This document shows positions 9,825-20,215 of a DNA stretch of 64,000 nt, piece by piece (within the stretch, counting starts at the first letter, position 1; every line of letters begins with the position of its first letter). A program made the translations under genes and the position numbers. The notes beneath the pieces are model-generated. The model ran no database searches. It was not told the DNA's origin and worked only from the letters and a program-made list of their open reading frames with translations. This DNA is from Acidobacteriaceae bacterium. GTDB taxonomy: Bacteria; Acidobacteriota; Terriglobia; Terriglobales; Acidobacteriaceae. The DNA is taken from the NCBI GenBank assembly GCA_036500845.1, contig DASYBJ010000068.1, positions 34 to 64,033 on the forward strand. The letters are read 5' to 3'.

Positions 9825-11869
9825 ACGGCGATCCCTCACTTCATCTGTGGCTGATTCCAATCCTGCCCTTCATCGGTTTTCTTTTGAACGGGCTCGTCGG
9901 GCGGCGTCTGCCCAAGGGGCTGGTCTCGACCATTGCTCTGATCTTTACCGCCGCGCCCCTGGCGATGGTTGCCCTCATCGCTGCGCGCTTCAGCAGCTTG
10001 ACCCTGCCGCATGTGGAACGTCTCGCGGCCCCGTGGTCGTCTGGCTCCTGGATCCTGACATCTGCGTTCCGCGTCGATTTCTCCTTTCTGCTCGATCCAC
10101 TGACGCTGGTGATGCTCCTGGTCGTGACTGGCGTCGGATTTTTGATCCACCTTTATTCAGTAGGCTACATGGCTGAGGAAGAGGGCTACTGGCGCTACTT
10201 CGCCTACCTCAATCTCTTCATGTTCTTTATGCTCACGCTGGTGCTTGCAGAAAACTTCCTGCTGATGTTCGTAGGTTGGGAAGGGGTTGGCCTGGCGTCG
10301 TATCTTCTCATTGGTTTCTACTTCATGCGCTCATCGGCTGCGGACGCAGGCAAGAAGGCTTTCGTCGTGAACCGAATCGGCGACTTCGGGTTTCTCCTCG
10401 CAATGTTTCTCCTCATCGGCCACTTCGGCTCGCTGAGCTTCTCTCAGGTTTTTCCTGCAATCGCAGCGCATCCGGAGTGGCAAGGCGGCTTTCTGACCGC
10501 GATTGCGCTGCTGCTGTTACTCGGGGCAACCGGTAAATCGGCACAGATTCCTCTCTATGTCTGGCTACCCGACGCAATGGAAGGTCCGACCCCGGTCTCA
10601 GCTTTGATCCATGCTGCGACGATGGTAACTGCAGGCGTGTACATGATTGTTCGCACGCATGTCCTCTTCGACCGCTCGCCCTTCGCTCTCGGCGTAGTCG
10701 CGATCATCGGGGCCGCGACGGCGTTCTTTGCGGCCACAATCGGCATCGTGCAGACGGACATCAAGCGTGTTCTTGCCTACTCCACGGTATCGCAGCTCGG
10801 ATATATGTTCCTCGCCTGCGGTGCTGCGGCGTATTCCGCCGCAATCTTTCATCTGGTGACACATGCGTTCTTCAAGGGGCTCCTCTTCCTCGCTGCCGGT
10901 TCGGTGATCCACGCATTGGGCGGTGAGCAGGACCTGCGCAAGATGGGCGGACTGCGCAAAGCAACTCCCATTACCTTTTGGACGATGACCGCTGCGGTTT
11001 TCGCAATCGCCGGGCTGCCGCCCTTTGCCGGCTTTTTCAGCAAAGACGCGATTCTCTATGAGAGTTTTCTATCTCCGACAGCGGGCCCGATCTTGTGGTT
11101 CGTCGGACTCGTGACCGCATTGCTGACTGCGTTCTATATGTTCCGGCTGTGGTATTTGGCGTTCTTCGGCGAACGCCGCGAGCTCGCTGAGGAGTCGCAT
11201 GGGCATCACGCCGGCGGCGTGCACGAGAGCCCTTGGATCATGCTTCTGCCCCTTGTTCTACTCGCCGTGCTCTCTCTCACTGGCGGTTGGATCGGCATTC
11301 CCGAGGCATTGGGTGGCAGCGATCACTTCGCCCACTTCCTCGAACCAGTGATCGCAGGGCAGCCGCACAGCTCGGTTGAGGTCACCAAGCAAGCCGCTGC
11401 TGAAGGATCGTCTGTTCCTCAAGAAACCGCCGCCGCACGGACTCCGGGCAAACCAGCACGGAACACAAATCAGGAGCGGCTTTTCAGCGTGGTCTCCGTC
11501 CTCATGGCGCTGATTGGTTGGTTCTTCGCGGATCTGTTCTACCGTCGCAAACCCGGGTTGCCTGAACAGATGGCCGAGCGGGCGCGTGCCCTTTACCTCG
11601 TTCTAAAGAACAAGTACTGGATCGACGAGATCTATGCCCGCTTCATCGTGATTCCTCTTCTCTTCATCTCCCGCTACATCTTATGGGGAGCAGTCGACAC
11701 GGGGATGATCGATGGTGGTGGCTACCTTGTGGCGGGCAGCGCGCGAGGTTTCGGAGCGCTTGTCCGGCGAGTACAGTCGGGAAACATCCGCTCCTATGCA
11801 GGCTGGCTGGCACTTGGAGCCGCGGCTCTGCTCTTGATCACATATTTCGGGTTTGTTACGCACCTTTAG
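9821..11869 (+). CDS. nuoL: NADH-quinone oxidoreductase subunit L
   Basis: ATGA overlap with nuoK. ND5 antiporter-like motifs [16 protein letters not shown] and [15 protein letters not shown]. Confidence 0.95.
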   Translation: MNGDPSLHLWLIPILPFIGFLLNGLVGRRLPKGLVSTIALIFTAAPLAMVALIAARFSSLTLPHVERLAAPWSSGSWILTSAFRVDFSFLLDPLTLVMLLVVTGVGFLIHLYSVGYMAEEEGYWRYFAYLNLFMFFMLTLVLAENFLLMFVGWEGVGLASYLLIGFYFMRSSAADAGKKAFVVNRIGDFGFLLAMFLLIGHFGSLSFSQVFPAIAAHPEWQGGFLTAIALLLLLGATGKSAQIPLYVWLPDAMEGPTPVSALIHAATMVTAGVYMIVRTHVLFDRSPFALGVVAIIGAATAFFAATIGIVQTDIKRVLAYSTVSQLGYMFLACGAAAYSAAIFHLVTHAFFKGLLFLAAGSVIHALGGEQDLRKMGGLRKATPITFWTMTAAVFAIAGLPPFAGFFSKDAILYESFLSPTAGPILWFVGLVTALLTAFYMFRLWYLAFFGERRELAEESHGHHAGGVHESPWIMLLPLVLLAVLSLTGGWIGIPEALGGSDHFAHFLEPVIAGQPHSSVEVTKQAAAEGSSVPQETAAARTPGKPARNTNQERLFSVVSVLMALIGWFFADLFYRRKPGLPEQMAERARALYLVLKNKYWIDEIYARFIVIPLLFISRYILWGAVDTGMIDGGGYLVAGSARGFGALVRRVQSGNIRSYAGWLALGAAALLLITYFGFVTHL

Positions 11870-11887
11870 GAAGGCCTAGGACGATTT

Positions 11888-13414
11888 GTGCTGAACGAAA
11901 CGACACTGACGCTGACCATCCTTTTTCCGGCCGCGGCCGCCCTGGTCGTCGCTCTGCTTCCGAGCCGTGGGCGCGTCATCCAATGGTTCACGCTGATTGC
12001 TAGCCTCATCTTCTTCCTGCTGACGTTGCAATTCCCGGCCCATTTCACCTACGGCCAGCAGGGCTTCCAGTTCGAGGTGAACCGCGACTGGATTGCCAGC
12101 CCAAATATTCGCTATCACATCGGTCTTGATGGGATCTCGCTTTGGCTGGTCGCACTGACAGGGTTCCTTGCGCCTCTGGGCGTTCTCGCCTCGTGGAAAG
12201 CGATCGACCATCACGCAAAGGAATTCTACTTCCTCTTCCTCTTGCAGCAGACAGCAATGGTCGGCGTTTTCGTGGCTCTCGACATGTTCCTCTACTACGC
12301 ATTCTGGGAACTGACTCTCGTGCCTATGGCGATTCTCATCGCCATGTTCGGGCGGGAACGTGGAGTCCAGGCCGCGCTCAAGTTCTTTGTCTATACGTTT
12401 CTGCCCTCCGCACTTCTGCTGGTTGCCATACTGTTCCTCTATGCGAGGACAGGAACCTTCGACTTTGTTCAACTCCAGGCGATGGTTTCTCATGGCGGTT
12501 CCCTTTTCTCGGAACGTGCGCTCTATTGGGCCGCGTTGGGCTTCCTCGTAGCTTTCGCCGTAAAAGTTCCAGTCTTCCCCCTGCACGGATGGCTGGGTGA
12601 CACCTTCAGCGAAGCACCCACGGCCATGGCGATGGTGGTGGCTGGAAAGCTTGGACTCTACTCTATTCTGCGTTTCAATCTTGGTCTTTTCCCTGTGCAG
12701 GCACGGCAATTAGCACCGTGGATGATCGCATTGGCCGTAATCGGCATCCTGTATGGAGCACTCGTCGCCCTGGTACAGCGCGATATGAAGCGCCTGGCAG
12801 CGTACGCGACGCTGAGTGGCTTGAGCTTTTGCGTTCTCGGAATTTTCTGCTTCGCCGTTTCAGGCGTCGATGGTGCGCTGTATCAGACCATCAATGAAGG
12901 CATCATCGGTGGTGCCTTGCTGATTCTTCTCGGCATTCTCTACGAGCGCTACGGGACATACGAGATCGCTGCATACGGCGGGTTGGCGGCGCACATGCCG
13001 CTGTTTGCGACCCTGTTCGTGATTGTCTCGCTCGCGCTTATCGGGCTCCCCATGCTCAACGGGTTTGTGGGCGAATTTCTAATCCTGAGCGGCAGCTTTG
13101 CGGGCCATACGGGCTGGGTGGCAGCGGCGACTGTCGGTGTTATTTTGAGCGCCGCTTATATGCTCAGTCTGGTACAGAAAGTCTTCTACGGCGGCCAGTC
13201 GGAGATGGTGCGTGAGCAGCCGAGGCCGGACTTGAACTTCCGGGAGAATGTTACCGTTTGGTCGATGGCGGTGCTCATGCTGGTGATGGGCCTCGCCTCT
13301 CCTGTATGGACGCGTGCCATTGATGGCGCCGTGGTGAAGCTGGTGCAGCCCGCTTCGCAGGCAGCAATTCCCTGTGTTCTGGGACCCACACCGTGTGTGG
13401 CGGTGCAGCAATGA
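11888..13414 (+). CDS. nuoM: NADH-quinone oxidoreductase subunit M
   Basis: GTG start. ND4 antiporter-like polytopic protein ([25 protein letters not shown]). Confidence 0.95.
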   Translation: MLNETTLTLTILFPAAAALVVALLPSRGRVIQWFTLIASLIFFLLTLQFPAHFTYGQQGFQFEVNRDWIASPNIRYHIGLDGISLWLVALTGFLAPLGVLASWKAIDHHAKEFYFLFLLQQTAMVGVFVALDMFLYYAFWELTLVPMAILIAMFGRERGVQAALKFFVYTFLPSALLLVAILFLYARTGTFDFVQLQAMVSHGGSLFSERALYWAALGFLVAFAVKVPVFPLHGWLGDTFSEAPTAMAMVVAGKLGLYSILRFNLGLFPVQARQLAPWMIALAVIGILYGALVALVQRDMKRLAAYATLSGLSFCVLGIFCFAVSGVDGALYQTINEGIIGGALLILLGILYERYGTYEIAAYGGLAAHMPLFATLFVIVSLALIGLPMLNGFVGEFLILSGSFAGHTGWVAAATVGVILSAAYMLSLVQKVFYGGQSEMVREQPRPDLNFRENVTVWSMAVLMLVMGLASPVWTRAIDGAVVKLVQPASQAAIPCVLGPTPCVAVQQ

Positions 13415-14928
13415 TGCAGATCGAGACCGGAGCGCAAGTGCCGCAGGTCTACCGCATTCTCCCCGAGGTATTGCTCACGATTACCGGGGTTCTGATCATG
13501 CTGGTCGAACCGCTGATGCCCCGCGGAGCAAGTCGCAAGCCGATGGGCGTCTTGGCCCTTCTGGGATCGCTTGCTGCGCTCTTTGCCAGCTTTTGGCAGA
13601 TGGGACTGCCTCCTGGTACCGCGTACTACGGTGTGGTGCAAACGGACGCCTTCAGCGTCTTCTTCCACGTGTTGATCACGAGCATCATCGTAGTCTCGAT
13701 CCTGGTGTCTTTGGATACGTTCGATCGTAAGACGGAGAATACCGGCGAATTCTACGCACTCGCCGTTCTCGGTGCTGTGGGCATGTGCATCATGAGCAGC
13801 GCCGTGGAGCTTCTGCTGGTCTTCATCGGTCTTGAAATCTCTTCGATCTCCACTTACATCATGGCGGGCTTTCGCAAGCGCAGCGGCAAAAGTCCCGAAT
13901 CGGCGCTCAAGTATTTTCTCCTCGGATCCTTTGCAACCGCCTTTTTCCTTTACGGAATTGCGTTGACCTTCGGGGCAACCGGGACCACGAACATCTCACA
14001 GATCGCAGCCCTCTTCCGTCAAAGTGAGACTCCAGCCTTTGGTTATGTAGCAATGACCATGATCCTGATTGGACTCGGATTTAAAGTTTCGGCAGCACCT
14101 TTCCATATCTGGACACCCGACGTTTACGAGGGAGCTCCCTCTCCCGTGGTTGGATTGATGTCGACCGCTCCCAAAGCCGCAGCGTTCGCTGTGCTTCTCC
14201 GCATAGCCTACGGGGCCTATCCATGGCTGCATGCGCACTGGTTCCTCTTGATCTGGCTGATGGCTGCGATTTCGATGACTGTTGGTAATCTGGGCGCTTT
14301 GAGCCAGCAAAATGTGAAGCGCATGCTCGCCTACTCGTCGATCGCGCACGGCGGATATCTCCTCGTTGCTTTCACGGCACTCTCGCGCGAAGGGATTGCT
14401 GCAGCCACCTTCTATACCGCGACCTATGCGGCGACGAACGTGGGCATCTTCGCGATCGTGAGTCACGCCGGCGGCTATGAGGAGAGGCTGAACTCGATTA
14501 CCGACTATCGTGGGCTAGCATACCGCTCACCGTTGCTCGGCGGTGCGCTTGCCCTCTTCTTGCTCTCTCTGATTGGAATACCCTTCACAGCCGGGTTCTT
14601 CGGCAAATTCTACGTCTTTGCCGCCGCCCTGGATTCGGGCGTAGTGTGGCTCACGATCTTCGGATTGGTCAACAGCGGCATCGCCGCCTTCTATTACTTG
14701 CGCCTGCTGACCTCGGTCTACAGCAAACCGATGACTGAGGCCCAGCTGGCCACGATTCCGGCGCTAAAACCGAGCCTTTTGGCGGCGCTGTTTGTCACTG
14801 TCACTGCGACTCTAATCCTGGGCATCTTCCCCGGCCGTACACTAGCTCTAGCCCGCGCCGGAGCCGCAACCTACGCTGTGAGCGGCAGTAGCACGAGCGT
14901 CGGGACCGCAAACTTTAGCCTGCGATAG
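13411..14928 (+). CDS. nuoN: NADH-quinone oxidoreductase subunit N
   Basis: ATG at 13411 overlaps the nuoM stop (ATGA). ND2-type protein ([20 protein letters not shown]). Last gene of the cluster. Confidence 0.93.
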   Translation: MMQIETGAQVPQVYRILPEVLLTITGVLIMLVEPLMPRGASRKPMGVLALLGSLAALFASFWQMGLPPGTAYYGVVQTDAFSVFFHVLITSIIVVSILVSLDTFDRKTENTGEFYALAVLGAVGMCIMSSAVELLLVFIGLEISSISTYIMAGFRKRSGKSPESALKYFLLGSFATAFFLYGIALTFGATGTTNISQIAALFRQSETPAFGYVAMTMILIGLGFKVSAAPFHIWTPDVYEGAPSPVVGLMSTAPKAAAFAVLLRIAYGAYPWLHAHWFLLIWLMAAISMTVGNLGALSQQNVKRMLAYSSIAHGGYLLVAFTALSREGIAAATFYTATYAATNVGIFAIVSHAGGYEERLNSITDYRGLAYRSPLLGGALALFLLSLIGIPFTAGFFGKFYVFAAALDSGVVWLTIFGLVNSGIAAFYYLRLLTSVYSKPMTEAQLATIPALKPSLLAALFVTVTATLILGIFPGRTLALARAGAATYAVSGSSTSVGTANFSLR

Positions 14929-15156
14929 CTTGCCACTTGGTGCACGCCACCCGAAGGCTGCAGGGCCGAGCGCCAAACGTCAGCCCAGTCCGGCAGGGCT
15001 GGGACATCAATTCCCCAAGATATCCGAGCGCCATAGGCGCGGCACTCCTTCACCAGAATATCGAGGTCTTTGGTTGCCCGTGGCTGGGTATGAATGGAGA
15101 GGTATGAATGGAGACGGCGTAAGCTCCCACTACAAGATACTTAACTCGGTGCGCGT

Positions 15157-15339
15157 TCAAAACGGACAAGAGTCCTTGAAGTCTGGTATATCTGGAACCG
15201 CGCCCTTTATCGCATAGTGTTCTTGGGTGAGTTCGGAAGCCCTATTGTCACGCTCATGCACCGGGCGGCTCTGCCAGTAGCGGTACTCGTCCGCCTTCAT
15301 TTCATCGAAGTTGGTGTACTTGCGGATGGTCCTGTCCAT
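15157..15339 (-). CDS. small hypothetical protein, possibly a truncated remnant
   Basis: 60-codon ORF MDRTIRKYTNFDEMKADEYRYWQSRPVHER... in a low-GC patch. A second ORF (14871..15053) follows on the same strand in another frame. Confidence 0.3.
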   Translation of the reverse strand: MDRTIRKYTNFDEMKADEYRYWQSRPVHERDNRASELTQEHYAIKGAVPDIPDFKDSCPF

Positions 15340-15650
15340 GTGCCGTTTATATTAGTTTCTCATCATTTATACATAGAACGCATGTGCAGTACCTTAGTGA
15401 TCAGCGCCTGATGTAGTTCGTTGCTAAGCCGTTTGAAACAGCACTGCGTCAATTCTGCTTGTCCTTTCTAACAATCAACACATGGCGGGAACCATTCGCT
15501 GTTCGATCTTCGGAATGTGCCGCCGCCCAAATACTCGCATTCCTTACGCGCTACCTCGAGCGCATCGTCTGACTATTCGGTGTGCGCTATTTGAACGTAT
15601 TCAATTCTTCGGGCAGCGCGATGCGCTTCTTCGAGTCGCGCATGATTGGA

Positions 15651-17054
15651 CTACAGAAACCGGCGGATGATGCGCTCTTTGATTCTGGTCAGTGGCGGAT
15701 AAACGGTCCGAAAATCCGGCCACCATGTCTTTAGAAACACGGACTTGTGATGGCTGAACGTCTCGAAACTTGCCCTGCCGTGGTAAGCTCCCATACCGCT
15801 GTTCCCGACCCCTCCGAAGGGGAGGTTCAGCATTCCCGCGTGTGCGCACGTGTAGTTCACGGATACTCCGCCGGATGTCGTAGTCTGAAGCACTTGGGTT
15901 CGTAGACGAGCGTCGTCGGTAAACAGATAGAGCGCCAACGGCTTCTCCCCTCGGTTTACAAACGCAACCGCCTCCTCGACGTTCTTTACCGGAAGAACGG
16001 GGAGGATAGGGCCGAAGATCTCTTCCATCATTATCGGCGCGTCCTCGGGTACGTTGGTCAGAATCGTAGGCGAGATGTAACGGTCTTTCTCGTTTCCATC
16101 TCCGCCGACCACGATCTTGCCGCCAGACTCGATCAGCCGCATGAGGCGGTGATAATGATGCACGTTGACAATGCGCGCGAAGTCCGGACTGGTGCGCGGG
16201 TCTTCGCCGTAGAAGTCTCTGATGGTCGCCACCATGCGCGTCAGCAGTTCGCCCTCAACAGCTTCGTGCACGAGCAGATAATCTGGAGCCAGACACGTCT
16301 GTCCTGCGTTCAGGAATTTTCCCCATATGATTCGATCCGCACTGACCTTCAGATCTGCTGTCCGATCCACGATGCATGGGCTCTTTCCGCCAAGTTCGAG
16401 TGTCACCGGCGTAAGATGCTTTGCTGCCGCTTCCATGACCACGCGGCCCACACCTGGTCTGCCGGTGTAGAAAATGTGATCAAAGCGTTCGGCCAACAGC
16501 ACCGTAGACTCTGACGGTCCTCCTTCCACCACCGTTACGCATTCATTGTCGAGATATCGTGGGAGAGTTCTAGCCAGAAAAGAACTGGTCGCCGGCGCCA
16601 ACTCGCTAGGCTTGATTACTGCACAATTTCCGGCAGCGATCGCACCGACCAGCGGCACGAGCACAAGCTGCAGCGGATAGTTCCATGTCCCAATGATCAG
16701 GACGACCCCTAGCGGTTCACGATAGATTGCACTTCCGCCCGGCTGGGCGAGAAATGGTGTTCGTACCCGCTCGGGCTCTGCCCACACCCGAAACCGTTTT
16801 CGAGTGAACGCGAGCTCGCGGGCGATTAAGGAAATTTCAATCGTAGAAGTCTCAAGCTCAGACCGGCCGAGATCCTCCTGCAGTACTCGGAACATCTCGT
16901 GCTCGCACTCATCTAACAGCCGCTGGATGCTGGCGAGTTGTTGCTGACGATACTCAAGCGACCGCGTCTTGCCGGTCGCAAACGAGCTACGCAGCCTCGC
17001 AAGTGTTGCCGGAATCGACTCAACGGCCGGGGATTGGGACTCGACACGGTTCAT
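15651..17054 (-). CDS. aldehyde dehydrogenase family protein (ALDH3-like)
   Basis: ELGGKSP and GQTCLAPDY catalytic-Cys motifs and EEIFGPILPV. ATG at 17054 is preferred; the ORF opens at a GTG at 17117. Confidence 0.9.
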   Translation of the reverse strand: MNRVESQSPAVESIPATLARLRSSFATGKTRSLEYRQQQLASIQRLLDECEHEMFRVLQEDLGRSELETSTIEISLIARELAFTRKRFRVWAEPERVRTPFLAQPGGSAIYREPLGVVLIIGTWNYPLQLVLVPLVGAIAAGNCAVIKPSELAPATSSFLARTLPRYLDNECVTVVEGGPSESTVLLAERFDHIFYTGRPGVGRVVMEAAAKHLTPVTLELGGKSPCIVDRTADLKVSADRIIWGKFLNAGQTCLAPDYLLVHEAVEGELLTRMVATIRDFYGEDPRTSPDFARIVNVHHYHRLMRLIESGGKIVVGGDGNEKDRYISPTILTNVPEDAPIMMEEIFGPILPVLPVKNVEEAVAFVNRGEKPLALYLFTDDARLRTQVLQTTTSGGVSVNYTCAHAGMLNLPFGGVGNSGMGAYHGRASFETFSHHKSVFLKTWWPDFRTVYPPLTRIKERIIRRFL

Positions 17055-17222
17055 GACTGCAATCGTTGTGCCTCTCTCTGCGGCTACTTGCCGCGGTAAC
17101 AGCAGGTGCGTCAGCACTCGCTAGGCCGCTAGACAAATAGCACTTCAAATGCGCCGTCAGACGGTTTACAGCCTGCGAAAAACCTCGATCTGCCCGCTAA
17201 GTTCGTCAGAAAGATACCTCAT

Positions 17223-17543
17223 GGCCTAAAGAGAGTGTGAGAGAACCTCGGATGCGAAAAGCCACAGCAGGTCCCTCCACTGCGCTTCGCTTCGGTAGGG
17301 ATGACAAAGGGGAGGGTAGCGCTTCCGAGAAGAGCAGTTGCTGAGCAGAAGCAGTTGTCATCCCCTCGGGTGGGCCGAAGGCCCATGGACGTTCCGGTTG
17401 GGATGACAATTTTGTTGCGCCATTAACCCCAATCTCGACGAGAAACATATGACTACCTTCCGAATGAATTGTCATCCCAACCGGAGCGCAGCGTAGTGGA
17501 GGGACCTGCTGTTTCCGAGGTTCTCACACAGACTCTAAAGGCC
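17223..17543. repeat. nested inverted-repeat element (REP/MITE-like, non-coding)
   Basis: The arm at 17223-17306 is an imperfect reverse complement of 17470-17543. An internal hairpin lies at 17356-17408 (TGTCATCCC...GGGATGACA). The TGTCATCCC/GGGATGACA pair occurs four times. Confidence 0.85.
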
Positions 17544-17625
17544 GCAATGATACTGCTCAATTTACGGCACGACTAAAACTCGTGCCCTGTTACAGAACAG
17601 AAGCTTTCCTATAAAAGAGAGCTTC

Positions 17626-17653
17626 TCCGCAGCCTGTGAAGCCGTGCCCTTTC
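17626..17653. repeat. dispersed motif TCCGCAGCCTGTGAAGCCGTGCCC, copy 1
   Basis: Identical except for a 1-nt indel to the reverse complement of 55305-55330. A 16-nt core recurs at 62255-62270. Confidence 0.85.
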
Positions 17654-17712
17654 AAAAAACTACGACCCTTCCTTTCGCGAACTTTAGAGACAGGACACCA
17701 GCAACGACAAAG

Positions 17713-17761
17713 GGTGCCCCATTCTTCGGGCTGCGTTGTTCAGCCCGAAGGGTGGGAAACC
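17713..17761. repeat. dispersed hairpin repeat (CTTCGGGCTG-N7-CAGCCCGAAG followed by GGTGGGAAAC), copy 1
   Basis: Perfect 10-bp stem at 17724-17733 / 17741-17750. A near-identical copy lies at 26066-26110. Confidence 0.85.
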
Positions 17762-17840
17762 ACGACAGCATGCACCAGGATCCGTAAGTTATCAAACTGA
17801 CCAAGCTGAAGACCGAGAACTCACAACTGACAAACGAATC

Positions 17841-18521
17841 TCATTCCTCCTTCAAACGCAAATCGCGGTGCTCAAAAATCACAGAAGCCGCCGCGAAGAA
17901 GACAATCCCGGTCACGACTAAGGTCAACCATGCCGTCACCCGAGCAACCCCCTGAGGCCTCACTCCCATTCCGACCAATGCGCCGAGCATTCCACCGAGA
18001 CCGAATTGCGGCCACACACGGCTAAGCCCAACTGTTCCCGAGATCAGCGCCAGGGTGGCGCCCGAGGCCAGGATCGTCGGTAGCCATGAGGCGAAGAACA
18101 GGCTTGGTGCTGCGGTCCATGCGCCCAACAGGACCAAATCAAAAATCGTGCTCGCCAGGTGATTCGTATAACGATCGAGCAGAAGCCCGCTCAAAAAAAT
18201 GCTGATCGCATAAGGCACCAGCGGGATCCACGCAGCCAACCCGAGCGCGAACAGGTATTGGCGGCGGCTCACTGCTCGCGAGAGAACGGTCACGATGCGG
18301 CGCGACCGCTCCTCGTTGCCGAGTTGCACGCTGCCTGAAAAGACAACCAGGGCGAGACCGTAGATACATTCCTGGTGAAGGACAGCAGCAACATCGTCCG
18401 CGCTTGGGGAGCTATGCGGCAAGAGGAAGATAGCTGCGAGAACCAGAGGCCAAAGAACAAGGAACAAGTAGAGCCACCTGTTTTGAGCAAGCAACCTCCG
18501 CGCGATCTCCCATATCTTCAT
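17841..18521 (-). CDS. ABC-2 type transporter permease-like membrane protein
   Basis: 226 aa with multiple hydrophobic helices. Its start overlaps the upstream ABC ATPase stop by 4 nt. Confidence 0.7.
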   Translation of the reverse strand: MKIWEIARRLLAQNRWLYLFLVLWPLVLAAIFLLPHSSPSADDVAAVLHQECIYGLALVVFSGSVQLGNEERSRRIVTVLSRAVSRRQYLFALGLAAWIPLVPYAISIFLSGLLLDRYTNHLASTIFDLVLLGAWTAAPSLFFASWLPTILASGATLALISGTVGLSRVWPQFGLGGMLGALVGMGVRPQGVARVTAWLTLVVTGIVFFAAASVIFEHRDLRLKEE

Positions 18522-19468
18522 CGACCGCTCCCCTCTCCACTCGCAGTCTGGCTCCAGGCCACGAACAATTCCTCGAGCGTGCGCCTGCGTGGAGCGAGGC
18601 TAACCACTTCCCCACCTGCATTCCAAATCGCTTCAAGCACCGGCCGCTGTTCTGTATGAGGAAAGGTCAGCCGCAGCAAAGCAGCAGTCTGAGGAAAAGT
18701 CTTTTCCGCGAGCCCGTTTGGGTCCTCGAGAAAGCGAGGAAAGAGCTGGACGGCCTGCGGGGTTGAGAGACCGCGAACCTCAGCCTCGATCAGATCCGAT
18801 GTTTCCCTCAGGGATTCGAGCGTGCCATAGCGAACCAGCCGTCCTTGGTTAAGAAAGGCAATCCGGTCGCAGATTTGCTCCACCTCCGTCAATTGGTGCG
18901 AGCTGAAGAAGATGCTCTTGCCGGCGCGGCGGGCTTCACGCAGTAACTCACGAACTTCGAGGACACCGGCCGGGTCGAGCGCGGAAGCGGGTTCATCCAG
19001 GATGAGGAGTTCTGGATCATTCACGAGAGCTTGGGCTAGCGCCAGCCGTTGCTGCATGCCGCGAGAGAAGCGCCTTACGTCTTTCTTTCCGTCTTCACGG
19101 CTACGATTGAGACCTAATGCCGCGAGCAGTTCGCGGACGCGGTCCCGAAGGTGGGGATCGCGCACGCCGTTGAGTGCAGCCGCCAAAGCTACGCTCGACG
19201 AAGCTCGATCGGCGAAGAAGACGGGCTGGTCCGGAACAAAGCCGAGTCTCGTCCGCGCCCCGGCATCGCCGAACGGCTTCCCCAACAGAAATCCCGTCCC
19301 TGAAGAAGGGCGTAAGAAACCGAGAGCGAGATGAATCGCAGTGGTCTTCCCAGCACCATTCGGGCCCAGGAAGCCCAAAATCTCACCCGGCTCAAGCGAA
19401 AGAGTCAGCTGGTCGAGAGCAGTATGGCCGCGAAAGATCTTGGACGTCGCTCGGAATTCGAGCCGCAT
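18518..19468 (-). CDS. ABC transporter ATP-binding protein
   Basis: Walker A GPNGAGKTT, signature FSRGMQQRLALA, Walker B LLILDEP. ATG at 19468 (the ORF opens at a TTG at 19528). Confidence 0.9.
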   Translation of the reverse strand: MRLEFRATSKIFRGHTALDQLTLSLEPGEILGFLGPNGAGKTTAIHLALGFLRPSSGTGFLLGKPFGDAGARTRLGFVPDQPVFFADRASSSVALAAALNGVRDPHLRDRVRELLAALGLNRSREDGKKDVRRFSRGMQQRLALAQALVNDPELLILDEPASALDPAGVLEVRELLREARRAGKSIFFSSHQLTEVEQICDRIAFLNQGRLVRYGTLESLRETSDLIEAEVRGLSTPQAVQLFPRFLEDPNGLAEKTFPQTAALLRLTFPHTEQRPVLEAIWNAGGEVVSLAPRRRTLEELFVAWSQTASGEGSGR

Positions 19469-19774
19469 TAAGACAGCTCCGGGTTTCTTAGCTAATCCGC
19501 GCACACACCGCGAACAACAGGTCCCCAAAAACTAGTTGCTCCTAGCTTCTGGCTGGGGCAGCCGCTAATTCGACTGCTCTTGGAGAAACTAGGAGCAAAG
19601 GAGCTACAACGGATCTCATAAACCTGACCCACTGGTTGTAACCACGTGTGAGACCCGCCATCGAAGCACCCGGGGTCCCCGGCAAGCTCGCTTGCTGGGG
19701 TGGGAAGCGGGGCTCATGCACTCGATCGAAGCGGCAAGCGCATATATGAGATCAGTTGTAGAGTGAGCCGCGAT

Positions 19775-20083
19775 CTAGTGGACCTTGACGAAAATGATAA
19801 CGAGGGTGAAAAGGGAGAGCGACTCCATGAAAGCCAGACCCAGGGTGAGCAGCAAGAGGATACCGGCGCGTGCGCCAGGGTTGCGGGCGACTGCTTCTGC
19901 AGCCGAGGCGGTGGCGCGGCCTTGACCGAGTCCGCATAGTCCGGCAGCGAGACCCATGCCGAGACCGGCTGCGATCGAGGTGAGGCCGGCCCCGACACCG
20001 CCTCCTCCCGGCTCTTGAGCAAACGCCGGAACCGCCATAAACATCGCGGCGAGCGTCATAAAGATGTACTGCAACTTACGCAT
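19775..20083 (-). CDS. atpE: F0F1 ATP synthase subunit c, with N-terminal signal-like extension
   Basis: Helical hairpin GLGQGRATASAAEAVARNPGA...LAFMESLSLFTLVIIF. It is preceded by MRKLQYIFMTLAAMFMAVPAFAQE. Confidence 0.9.
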   Translation of the reverse strand: MRKLQYIFMTLAAMFMAVPAFAQEPGGGGVGAGLTSIAAGLGMGLAAGLCGLGQGRATASAAEAVARNPGARAGILLLLTLGLAFMESLSLFTLVIIFVKVH

Positions 20084-20215
20084 ACTTCCTCCTAAGCTTC
20101 CTCAGTTTGCCGCCAGTGGGTGGTTGAGGCTCACCGTGCTGGCCCCCTCACGCTTGCGGCGCTCGCCCAGAGTGGAAGCGGATTTCCGGACGAGTAAGCT
20201 TTTCTATTGAGAGCT

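Noticed and set aside
11876-12709. 277-aa ORF antisense to nuoM.
   Set aside because: The plus-strand frame is a clear ND4-type antiporter-like subunit. The antisense translation is a highly charged artefact rich in Glu, Arg, Gln and His.
17206-17475. 89-aa ORF within the 17.2-17.5 kb region.
   Set aside because: It sits wholly inside the nested inverted-repeat element. It has no Shine-Dalgarno sequence, and its sequence is dictated by the repeat arms.
19529-19774. Hairpins between atpE and the ABC ATPase gene (TTGCTCCTAG...CTAGGAGCAA and CCCCGGCAAGC-tcg-CTTGCTGGGG), considered as a terminator or leader structure.
   Set aside because: The stems are imperfect or have very large loops, and neither is followed by a U-tract in the minus-strand sense. 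The support is insufficient to annotate them.
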